A stretch of DNA of 8,681 nt from contig PEXK01000019.1 in NCBI GenBank assembly GCA_002779075.1, positions 1 through 8,681 on the forward strand, given 5' to 3'. Each line of letters begins with the position of its first letter. Positions within the stretch are counted from its first letter, which is position 1. Positions 1 to 6,288 of the stretch are shown here, piece after piece. The stretch is from Candidatus Diapherotrites archaeon CG08_land_8_20_14_0_20_30_16. GTDB taxonomy: Archaea; Iainarchaeota; Iainarchaeia; Iainarchaeales; 0-14-0-20-30-16. The position numbers and the translations under genes were made by a program. The notes beneath the pieces are model-generated. The model had not been told where the DNA came from and ran no database searches. It worked only from the letters and a program-made list of their open reading frames with translations.

Positions 1-42
1 TTTTTATTATTTGTATCCTGTTACTTTGTTAACTCCAATAGG

Positions 43-52
43 TTATAATATA
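43..52 (+). promoter_or_regulatory. candidate TATA box (TTATAATATA) for the 80..832 gene
   Basis: A/T hexamer-rich TATA-like element about 30-37 nt upstream of ATG 80. GGTG at 70-73 could serve as a short Shine-Dalgarno. Such strings arise easily by chance in AT-rich DNA. Confidence 0.3.
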
Positions 53-79
53 GTTTATTTGTTAGTTTTGGTGTGGTAA

Positions 80-832
80 ATGCATTCACAGAAAAATAAA
101 AAGAAAAAAAGAAATATATTGAATCAGAAAGGGCAAGCAGCAGCAACAGATGCTTTAATATTTTTGTCAATTGTTGCAATTGTTTTTGTTTTAATATTAG
201 GATATTCAATGAATTATGGTTTGAGCATAATGGACAGTACGAAAAAATTGTACAACACAAATTATCATTATGCTGCTTTGAAAGCGTTTATGAGTGCAAG
301 CTATGGTAGAGATGGCAATGACCCTATGACTGCATCAGAACCAATTACTGATTCTGTTGCAACAATGATAAAGGAAGATTATGGTGCAAACGAAAAGGTC
401 TCTGTGCAAACTCAAATGGCGATGTTTGGTATTTTAGAGGAATTATTTCTGCCTTTGCCACAAAGAAGCTATCTTTTGCTTATAACACATGAAGCAAATC
501 CAACATCTGGAGGAACAGTTCTTACCCCTTTAATAGTTTTGGTTCGCGGTGTAGACGAAGATGGAATAAACAAAGATTTTATTTGCAATCCAACAGAAAA
601 TAGCCAGATAGAAGCGTTTTTGGCTAGCCATTCTTTAGATTTGCAAATTGTTGAAGGCCAGTTTATTTTTTACAGAAATGTTTTGAAATCAGATATCACA
701 AAAGAAGGCGGACAAATCTTTTTAGCAAGTTGGGTATCATTGTACAATGAAGGTAATGAGGAAAAAGGAAAAATATCAGAAGCTGATTTATTAACTAACT
801 TGGGTTGCTCGCCGCAACCTTTTAGCCCTTAG
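80..832 (+). CDS. secreted or surface protein with an archaeal class III (prepilin-like) signal peptide; remainder unrecognised
   Basis: ATG at 80, 250-aa ORF, TAG at 830-832. The N-terminus is a basic stretch (KNKKKKRN) followed by QKG|QAAATDALIFLSIVAIVFVLILG. That is Lys-Gly followed by a small/polar residue and a ~20-aa hydrophobic helix, the pattern processed by archaeal prepilin peptidases (PibD/FlaK type). No other motif recognised. Confidence 0.6.
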   Translation: MHSQKNKKKKRNILNQKGQAAATDALIFLSIVAIVFVLILGYSMNYGLSIMDSTKKLYNTNYHYAALKAFMSASYGRDGNDPMTASEPITDSVATMIKEDYGANEKVSVQTQMAMFGILEELFLPLPQRSYLLLITHEANPTSGGTVLTPLIVLVRGVDEDGINKDFICNPTENSQIEAFLASHSLDLQIVEGQFIFYRNVLKSDITKEGGQIFLASWVSLYNEGNEEKGKISEADLLTNLGCSPQPFSP

Positions 833-839
833 ATTCTAT

Positions 840-1460
840 TTAAGAAGTATTTTTTTTATCTATAATGTCAGACACTTTTCCCACATAATTTTGGATTGCT
901 GTTTCTATTTCGTTTATGTTAGGATAAATTATTTCCAAAATTCTGTGATTTTCTTGATACGCAGTATTTGCAGATTTTGATATTACATAAAAATAGTTAT
1001 CTTTTATTTCAACATTTGTTTTTTCGTTATTTTTCGTTTTTCCCAACATAATCTTTGGATAATTTATATTTTGCAGTTTTTCTAAACAAACTGCTTTTGT
1101 TGAGTTTGTTGTTTCCAAAGTTTTGGTGTCAGCAGTAGAACATTCTTCGTCTTTTGATATTTGAACAAGGAATATTCTTTTCTTTTGTGATGCAAAAATC
1201 TGAGTATAAAGAATTGCATTTCCTGCACTATAATCAGAGGTTTCTGTTTGATCAAGCACTATTGCAATACTGTTTGCATCTTTGATCTGATTTATTTTTT
1301 CTAAAATGTTTTCATCAGAAAAGAAAACCAAATCTGATAATTCCAATTTGTATTTGTATGTCTCCTTTGTTAAACTATTGTAAACTAGGGCAATAATTAT
1401 TAATAATACTATTATTATTAGTAAATAAGATATTATTTCTTTTATTTTTGCTTTTGTCAT
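840..1460 (-). CDS. hypothetical protein with a single N-terminal transmembrane anchor
   Basis: The ORF track starts at GTG 1463. The ATG one codon in (1460) is preferred. The N-terminal helix is IISYLLIIIVLLIIIALVY. The rest is Asn/Lys/Glu-rich with no recognised domain. It converges on the 80..832 gene with a 7-nt gap. Confidence 0.65.
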   Translation of the reverse strand: MTKAKIKEIISYLLIIIVLLIIIALVYNSLTKETYKYKLELSDLVFFSDENILEKINQIKDANSIAIVLDQTETSDYSAGNAILYTQIFASQKKRIFLVQISKDEECSTADTKTLETTNSTKAVCLEKLQNINYPKIMLGKTKNNEKTNVEIKDNYFYVISKSANTAYQENHRILEIIYPNINEIETAIQNYVGKVSDIIDKKNTS

Positions 1461-1482
1461 CACATCACAATAACAAGAAATT

Positions 1483-1490
1483 GATTTAAA
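1483..1490 (-). promoter_or_regulatory. candidate TATA box (TTTAAATC on minus strand) for the 840..1460 gene
   Basis: It starts 30 nt upstream of ATG 1460, a spacing that implies a leaderless or near-leaderless mRNA. It directly abuts the 3' end of tRNA-Asp. Confidence 0.35.
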
Positions 1491-1562
1491 CGCCTCGGCC
1501 GGGAATTGAACCCGGATCTGAACCGTGACAGGGTTCGATCATAACCATTAGACCACCGAAGC
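1491..1562 (-). tRNA. tRNA-Asp (anticodon GTC), 72 nt, no encoded CCA, no intron
   Basis: The reverse complement reads GCTTCGG TG GTCT AATGGTTA TGAT C GAACC CTGTCAC GGTTC AGAT CCGGG TTCAATT CCCGG CCGAGGC G. The acceptor stem is 7 bp with one U3:G70 wobble. The D-arm carries G10:U25, which is typical of tRNA-Asp, and GG in the loop. The anticodon stem is a perfect 5 bp and the loop is CU-GUC-AC. The T-arm is CCGGG/CCCGG with a TTCAATT loop. The discriminator is G. Confidence 0.92.
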
Positions 1563-1566
1563 CACC

Positions 1567-1713
1567 GCTTTCTTTTCAAAAAAGAAAGCCGAGTGTAGAA
1601 GATTTTCCAAATAAAATCTTTTACATCCTGTCAAAAGCTCTCTTTGCAGAGCCATTTTAACACGGGGTTTCGCAAAGAAACCCTCATAATAAATAATGTA
1701 GGATAAATCCTAC
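1567..1713. other. cluster of five consecutive stem-loops (possible structured RNA, tRNA leader, or protein-binding palindromes)
   Basis: Five stem-loops in a row. h1 is 1567-1589: GCTTTCTTTT/AAAAGAAAGC, 10 bp, 3-nt loop. h2 is 1595-1624: GTAGAAGATTTT/AAAATCTTTTAC, 12 bp including one G:T that pairs only in plus-sense RNA, 6-nt loop. h3 is 1637-1652: GCTCT/AGAGC. h4 is 1665-1683: GGGTTTC/GAAACCC. h5 is 1698-1713: GTAGGA/TCCTAC. No ORF covers the region. Confidence 0.4.
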
Positions 1714-1732
1714 TTAAAAACCTACTTAAAAA
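1709..1732. repeat. perfect tandem direct repeat, 2 x 12 nt (CCTACTTAAAAA)
   Basis: Read directly: CCTACTTAAAAA at 1709-1720 and again at 1721-1732. The first copy overlaps the 3' arm of hairpin h5. Confidence 0.85.
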
Positions 1733-1830
1733 CAGTATCACTTAAATATATATATCTTGAGGAGTAATGTTTATAAGTCTTTAGCATGTAAGGGTTTTGC
1801 ATGGAATTAGCTTTAAAGAGCACTAAAAGA

Positions 1831-1838
1831 ATATAAAT
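1831..1838 (+). promoter_or_regulatory. candidate BRE/TATA (AAAAGA-ATATAAAT) for the 1875..5657 gene block
   Basis: A purine-rich stretch followed by ATATAAAT lies about 37-44 nt upstream of ATG 1875. GGTGGTGG at 1866-1873 provides SD-like GGTG. The predicted TSS near 1860 would exclude the TTG at 1842 used by the ORF track. Confidence 0.35.
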
Positions 1839-1874
1839 ACTTTGGAGTGTTTTTGTTATGGCTTGGGTGGTGGC

Positions 1875-3104
1875 ATGGTTTTAGATTTGTCTAATCAAAA
1901 AGGTTATGAAAAAACAATAGATGCAATAATTCAAGAGTTGGAAAGAGAAAACCCAATTTCTACGAAACGAATTAGCAATGAGATTGTGGATTATTGTGTA
2001 ACTAAAAATGATACAGCTAAAATCTATATTCCTGTGATAGTTTACATAGTTTACAAATCTTTGACACAAAACCACATTGTAAATTCAAAGATTTGGAAAC
2101 GCAACAAAGGAAAATTACTGCTTTTCTTTGAAAATCTTAAAAGATCTGAAGATACTGATTTCAAAAAACAATTAAACAATTTTGTATTTTTATTTGAAAA
2201 AGATGACAAAGATTTCTTTTATTATGTGAAAAACATTTCAAGAAAAGGGAGAGTAAAAGTAGGGGCAAGATTGTATTCTATGGGGTTTTCAATAAAAAGA
2301 GTTAGTGATCTTTTAGAAGTTAGCAATTTTGATTTGCAAAGTTATTTGTCAGACACACAAATGCATAATCAGAAAGTGCCAGAAAATTTATTAGTCCCAA
2401 AAATTGAAATGCTGCTAAAAGAAAGCAAAGATGTAATTTTTGATTCTGGTGCATTGATTTCTATTGGAAATGTTGGTTTGATAAATGTTTTTGAAGAATT
2501 CAAACAAAGAAATCCTGATGTAAATTTATATATGACAGAAGCAGTGCATAACGAAACAATAGATATTCAAGAAAAAGTAATAAGGTTTGGTTGGATTGGC
2601 ATACAATATGAATATTTGATTAAAAAAGGTATTTTTACTTTAATTGCAAAAGATAAAATGCCAAAGAACGGAACATTAGAAGATTTATGCAACACTTTGT
2701 TTTACACAAGATATGGAAAATTAGAGTTATTGCAAAGAGGAGAACTAGAAAGTGTTGTTTTTGCACAAAAAAACAATTGTGTTTTGGTTATTGATGAAAT
2801 AGTAACAAGATGGCTAATAGAAGCGCCATTAAAACTTCATAAATTGATGGAATCCAGATATAAAGAAAAAGTAATGTATGATAAATCAAAATTAGATCAA
2901 GCAAATGCAATGTTAAAAGAAGTGTCAGTTATTAGAAGCGTTGATTTTATAGGTTTTGCAATAAAACAAGGCTACTTTAAAAAATATGACACTTTGAATT
3001 TTAAAAAGCCATTATTATATTCTTTAAAGTATGGCGGTTGCGCTACTACTTATGAAGAAATAGATTCTTATATTGCTAAGGGTGATGTTAATGTCAAAGA
3101 TTGA
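1875..3104 (+). CDS. fusion-like protein: N-terminal helical (possibly wHTH) region + UPF0175-like HTH + COG2405/DUF3368-type PIN-like domain
   Basis: The ORF track begins at TTG 1842. The first in-frame ATG (1875) has upstream GGTG and is preferred, giving 409 aa. Residues 137-172 in ORF-track numbering (RVKVGARLYSMGFSIKRVSDLLEVSNFDLQSYLS) resemble the UPF0175 pattern a..LY..g.lS.g.aAel.gvs..eF...L. The segment VIFDSGALISIGNVGLINVFEEF...LYMTEAVHNETI resembles the COG2405 N-terminus (DsSPLIaLakIGrLdLLk.lf..i.iP.aVyeEv). The segment LQRGELESVVFAQKNNCVLVIDEIVTRW resembles GEaEaIaLA.e.nadlLLiDe..aR. The segment VSVIRSVDFIGFAIKQGYF...KPLLYSLKYGG resembles the DUF3368 tail (kviGtlGiLl.Ak.kGli..vkplld.L...G). 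All similarity is recalled from memory, not computed. Confidence 0.6.
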   Translation: MVLDLSNQKGYEKTIDAIIQELERENPISTKRISNEIVDYCVTKNDTAKIYIPVIVYIVYKSLTQNHIVNSKIWKRNKGKLLLFFENLKRSEDTDFKKQLNNFVFLFEKDDKDFFYYVKNISRKGRVKVGARLYSMGFSIKRVSDLLEVSNFDLQSYLSDTQMHNQKVPENLLVPKIEMLLKESKDVIFDSGALISIGNVGLINVFEEFKQRNPDVNLYMTEAVHNETIDIQEKVIRFGWIGIQYEYLIKKGIFTLIAKDKMPKNGTLEDLCNTLFYTRYGKLELLQRGELESVVFAQKNNCVLVIDEIVTRWLIEAPLKLHKLMESRYKEKVMYDKSKLDQANAMLKEVSVIRSVDFIGFAIKQGYFKKYDTLNFKKPLLYSLKYGGCATTYEEIDSYIAKGDVNVKD

Positions 3105-3486
3105 ATCTGATAAAAAAACAATTTTTTTAGTTGGAGTTACTTTTGTTGTAACCTATATTCTTCTTTATTTTTTGGGTACAAATGGAATATTCAACAACAT
3201 AAATTCTCCATGGTCAAATCATTTGTTTGTAATTTGTTTTTTCTTTTTTGGGCTGTTCCTGTTTGATTATTTGCAAAAAGAATTGGAATTCAATTTTGCT
3301 GAATTTTACATAGGAATTATTTTACTGATTCTATTATATTTTGCATTTTATTTGGCATATTGGATTTATTATTCCCAGGTTCAAGGCGTGTTTTCGTATT
3401 TGATTAACTCGCCATATATACACATCGCAATAAGCTTTTTTGGCGGTTGGTTAGCATTTTTCCTTGTTAATTACAAAAACAAATAA
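3091..3486 (+). CDS. small polytopic membrane protein (about 4 TM helices), unrecognised family
   Basis: The ORF track starts at TTG 3073, and in-frame ATGs lie at 3085 and 3091. ATG 3091 sits 5 nt after GGTGA (3081-3085) and is preferred, giving 131 aa. It overlaps the upstream gene (stop 3102-3104) by 14 nt. Hydrophobic, aromatic-rich segments: IFLVGVTFVVTYILLYFLG, LFVICFFFFGLFLFDYL, FYIGIILLILLYFAFYLAYWIYY, IHIAISFFGGWLAFFLV. Confidence 0.7.
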   Translation: MSKIESDKKTIFLVGVTFVVTYILLYFLGTNGIFNNINSPWSNHLFVICFFFFGLFLFDYLQKELEFNFAEFYIGIILLILLYFAFYLAYWIYYSQVQGVFSYLINSPYIHIAISFFGGWLAFFLVNYKNK

Positions 3487-3503
3487 AATAAAAATTTGGT
3501 GAA

Positions 3504-5657
3504 ATGGTGGCAGAAAAAACAGCAATTTTGAAAGTAATGGAAGCAGACCCTAATTTAGTAGGAAAAAAAGTTGCTGCCCTGGATAATGAAACAAGGCAAC
3601 ATTTGGGTTTGAGCCACGAAGATTATATTTTAATTAAAGGAAAAAAAGATGCGTTAGCAAAAATTTGGCCTGGCAGACCATCAGATGAAGGAGAAAGCCT
3701 TATAAGAATCGATAGCTTTACGCGAAAGAATGCTGGTGTTGCAATTGGCGATACTGTTATTGTGAAAAAAGCAAGTCTGCAAACTGCAAAAAAAGTAACC
3801 TTTGCCCCAATTCAAGAAATACACACAAAATTAGGACAATATACAAGAATGGTGAAAAAAACCTTTCTTAGCAAACCTATGATTAATGGCGAAGAAGTAA
3901 TGTTTGCTGTTTTTGGCAACCCCATTTGTTTAATTGTTCAATCAACTAAACCCAAAGGTCCTGTTTTAATTTCTGATGAAACCGAAGTAGAAGTTTTGAA
4001 TGATCCTGTTGACCCCAATACAGCAAATGTTTCACGAGTGAGCTATGAGGACATAGGGGGAATAAAAAAACAATTGACTAAAATAAGAGAAATGATTGAG
4101 ATTCCCTTGAGGCATCCAGAACTCTTTAGACGTTTAGGAGTTGAGCCACCAAAAGGTGTTTTGCTTTATGGACCGCCAGGAACAGGTAAAACAATGGTTG
4201 CAAAAGCAGTTGCAACAGAATCTGGTGCACATATAATAACAATAAAAGGGCCAGAAATTATGAGCAGGTATGTTGGCGGTGCTGAACAAAAAATAAGAGA
4301 ATTGTTCAAAGAAGCACAGGATAATGCACCAAGCATAATTTTTATTGATGAAATTGATGCAATAGCGCCGATAAGAGAAGAGGTTGCAGGGGATGTTGAA
4401 AAGAGGGTTGTTGCACAGCTTTTGAGCTTAATGGACGGTATGGAAGCACGGGGAGATGTTATAGTTATAGCAGCAACGAATAGGCCCAATTCTGTTGATA
4501 TGGCTTTGCGCAGGCCTGGAAGGTTTGATAGAGAAGTGGAAATAGGACCACCAGATAGAGAAGGCAGAAAGGAAATACTTGAGATTATGACAAGAAGTAT
4601 GCCTATGGACAGAGATATTGATTTGGATAAAATAGTTTCGCAAACACATGGTTTTGTAGGTGCTGATATAAGTGCTTTAGTAAAAGAAGCAGCTATGCAA
4701 ACAATTAGAAGAGTTTTGCCAGACTTGAATTTGAGTTCTGAAGAACTTCCTTTAGAGGAATTAGAGAAAATTACACTTGAAAAAGAAGATTTTGAAAAAG
4801 CATTGCAAGAAGTAAACCCATCTGCATTAAGAGAAGTATTTGTTGAAGTTCCTAATGTGCGCTGGGAAGATGTTGGCGGTTTAGATACAATAAAAAATGA
4901 TTTGAAGAAGATGGTTGAATGGCCACTTAAATATAGTGAAAGTTTTGATAAGGCAGGGATACCACCAACAAAAGGGATTTTGCTTTATGGTCCGCCAGGA
5001 ACAGGAAAAACAATGCTTGCCAAAGCAATAGCAAATGAATGCGAGGCAAATTTTATTTCTATTAGAGGTCCTGAAATATTTAATAAATGGCTGGGAGAAA
5101 GTGAGAAAAAAATTAGAGATATATTCCAAAAAGCAAAACAGACAAGCCCATGCATTGTTTTCTTTGATGAGATTGATGCAATTTGCCCAAGACGTCCAAA
5201 TGATACGAATCAAACGACTTACAGAGTTGTAAATCAGCTTTTAGCAGAAATTGATGGAATGAGTTCATCAAAAGGCGTTGTTTTTTTAGCAGCAACAAAC
5301 AAACTTTATAATGTTGACACTGCTTTGATGCGACCCGGAAGAGTTGATATGCTTTTGTTTGTTGACAATCCTGATGAAAAAGGAAGATTGGATATTTTGA
5401 AAAAATTGTCAAAGAATATGCAATTGAAAACCCCAACAGATTTAGAAATTGTTGCTAAAGATACAAATGAATATTCTGGTGCAGATTTGAATGCTGTTTT
5501 GCGTGAAGCTGCATTTATTGCTTTGGAGAAAGGAGATATGAAACCAACAGCTATAACTCTTGATGATTTTAAAGAAGCAATAATTAAAACAAACGAATAC
5601 AAAACAAAAACAGAGAAAGAAGATAAAAACACAGACGATACAAATTATATACGATAG
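3504..5657 (+). CDS. cdc48: Cdc48/VAT/p97-type AAA+ ATPase (N domain + D1 + D2)
   Basis: 717 aa. The N-domain motif is [25 protein letters not shown]1 has Walker A GPPGTGKT (aa 223-230, nt 4170-4193), Walker [11 protein letters not shown], pore loop MSRYVGG, and [28 protein letters not shown]2 has Walker A GPPGTGKT (aa 496-503, nt 4989-5012), pore loop NKWLGESE, Walker [11 protein letters not shown], and [19 protein letters not shown]. The family signature is unambiguous. Confidence 0.97.
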   Translation: MVAEKTAILKVMEADPNLVGKKVAALDNETRQHLGLSHEDYILIKGKKDALAKIWPGRPSDEGESLIRIDSFTRKNAGVAIGDTVIVKKASLQTAKKVTFAPIQEIHTKLGQYTRMVKKTFLSKPMINGEEVMFAVFGNPICLIVQSTKPKGPVLISDETEVEVLNDPVDPNTANVSRVSYEDIGGIKKQLTKIREMIEIPLRHPELFRRLGVEPPKGVLLYGPPGTGKTMVAKAVATESGAHIITIKGPEIMSRYVGGAEQKIRELFKEAQDNAPSIIFIDEIDAIAPIREEVAGDVEKRVVAQLLSLMDGMEARGDVIVIAATNRPNSVDMALRRPGRFDREVEIGPPDREGRKEILEIMTRSMPMDRDIDLDKIVSQTHGFVGADISALVKEAAMQTIRRVLPDLNLSSEELPLEELEKITLEKEDFEKALQEVNPSALREVFVEVPNVRWEDVGGLDTIKNDLKKMVEWPLKYSESFDKAGIPPTKGILLYGPPGTGKTMLAKAIANECEANFISIRGPEIFNKWLGESEKKIRDIFQKAKQTSPCIVFFDEIDAICPRRPNDTNQTTYRVVNQLLAEIDGMSSSKGVVFLAATNKLYNVDTALMRPGRVDMLLFVDNPDEKGRLDILKKLSKNMQLKTPTDLEIVAKDTNEYSGADLNAVLREAAFIALEKGDMKPTAITLDDFKEAIIKTNEYKTKTEKEDKNTDDTNYIR

Positions 5658-5658
5658 A

Positions 5659-5666
5659 TTTATAAA
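5659..5666 (+). promoter_or_regulatory. candidate TATA box (TTTATAAA) for the RHH/PIN cassette
   Basis: A consensus-like archaeal TATA box directly after the cdc48 stop (TAG 5655-5657), 39-46 nt upstream of ATG 5705. GGTGA at 5695-5699 lies 5 nt before the ATG. Confidence 0.4.
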
Positions 5667-5671
5667 TATGA

Positions 5672-5688
5672 ACACATAATATATGTGT
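5672..5688. promoter_or_regulatory. perfect 7-3-7 inverted repeat ACACATA-ATA-TATGTGT (operator-like)
   Basis: Read directly. It sits between the TATA box and the expected TSS of the RHH antitoxin gene, where an autoregulatory TA operator would lie. Confidence 0.4.
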
Positions 5689-5704
5689 ATTATGTGGTGA
5701 TGTT

Positions 5705-5923
5705 ATGGTAAACGTGACTTTGTCAGTTCCGCAAGATTTGAAAGATAGAATGGATTTATTCTCTGAAATTAACTGGAGTGCTGTTGCTCGCGAAGCAATA
5801 GATGAAAAGATAAGGGATTTATATACTATAAAAAAATTTAAATCAAAAAGTACATTGACTGAAGAGGATGCGTTAAGATTGGGTCGGGAGCTAAATAGAA
5901 AATTAGTGGTCAGAAGGAAATAA
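5705..5923 (+). CDS. ribbon-helix-helix (CopG/VapB-like) antitoxin
   Basis: 72 aa. The N-terminus VNVTLSVPQDLKDRMDLFSEINWSAVAREAIDEKI fits a beta-strand followed by two helices, as in RHH proteins. The gene is small, and its stop TAA (5921-5923) lies 1 nt before the ATG of a PIN-type gene. Confidence 0.7.
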   Translation: MVNVTLSVPQDLKDRMDLFSEINWSAVAREAIDEKIRDLYTIKKFKSKSTLTEEDALRLGRELNRKLVVRRK

Positions 5924-5924
5924 G

Positions 5925-6279
5925 ATGGATTTAATTGTAGATGCAAATATTTTGTTTTCTGCATTAATTGTTAGTGGAAATTTTGAAGAATTTGAGAAGT
6001 ACAAAACATTGTTATTAAAAAAAAACAAATAGATCAGAATACGAATTCTATGAATTTGTATATATTTTAAAGAAAAAGATTACTCTGATAAGTAATGAAG
6101 AAACAAAACCATATCTGGAAAAAGCAAAATCAATAAGCCCAGACCCAAAAGATGTTGATTATTTTGCTTTAGCAATAAAATTAAATTGTGGTATATGGGG
6201 TAATGACAAAGAATTGAGTTTAAAACAGACTGTTGTTTTGATATATTCTACTAATGATTTAGTAAAATATTTTTTGTAG
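5925..6279 (+). pseudogene. PIN_2-type (PF10130-like) PIN-domain toxin gene interrupted by a +1 frame change in an A9 run
   Basis: The first frame from ATG 5925 reads MDLIVDANILFSALIVSGNFEEFEKYKTLLLKKNK*, with stop TAG at 6030-6032. The +1 frame is open from 6019 and reads KKTNRSEYEFYEFVYILKKKITLISNEETKPYLEKAKSISPDPKDVDYFALAIKLNCGIWGNDKELSLKQTVVLIYSTNDLVKYFL*, with stop at 6277-6279. It has no Met, so it is absent from the ORF track. The switch point is the run of nine A at 6017-6025; eight A would give one continuous 117-aa ORF. The motifs D-x-N-I-L, DP.DV.YfALAikL and W.NDK are typical of this PIN family. Confidence 0.75.
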
Positions 6280-6288
6280 GGGATAAAA

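Noticed and set aside
21-260. Minus-strand 79-aa ORF overlapping the start of the 80..832 gene; similar shadow ORFs at 1881..2075 (minus) and 7724..7912 (plus, inside tnpB)
   Set aside because: They are antisense to better-supported genes, their composition is typical of AT-rich shadow frames, and they have no motifs or plausible promoters.
1491-1740. Possibility of a split or intron-containing tRNA, or a second tRNA, in the hairpin cluster
   Set aside because: The tRNA-Asp cloverleaf is complete and continuous in 72 nt. None of the neighbouring hairpins is accompanied by T-loop (GTTCRANY) or D-loop signatures.
1842-1874. Extended N-termini from non-ATG starts used by the ORF track (TTG 1842, TTG 3073, GTG 1463)
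   Set aside because: In each case an in-frame ATG with a better SD-like or TATA spacing lies a few codons downstream (1875, 3091, 1460). The TTG at 1842 would lie upstream of the predicted TSS. The tnpB GTG (8364) was kept only because no in-frame ATG is available near the N-terminus.
3498-3502. GGTGA immediately before the cdc48 ATG as a Shine-Dalgarno
   Set aside because: Only 1 nt separates it from the ATG, which is too close for SD function. The start call rests on the ORF and the N-domain alignment instead.
4166-5964. Seven antisense ORFs (4166..4489, 4428..4649, 4881..5213, 5113..5436, 5306..5632, 5442..5675, 5584..5964) and the same-strand out-of-frame ORF 5035..5232
   Set aside because: All lie within or across the very confidently called cdc48 and RHH genes. 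Their translations are low-complexity, Cys/Phe/Ile/Leu-rich mirror products of the sense frame, with no recognisable motifs.
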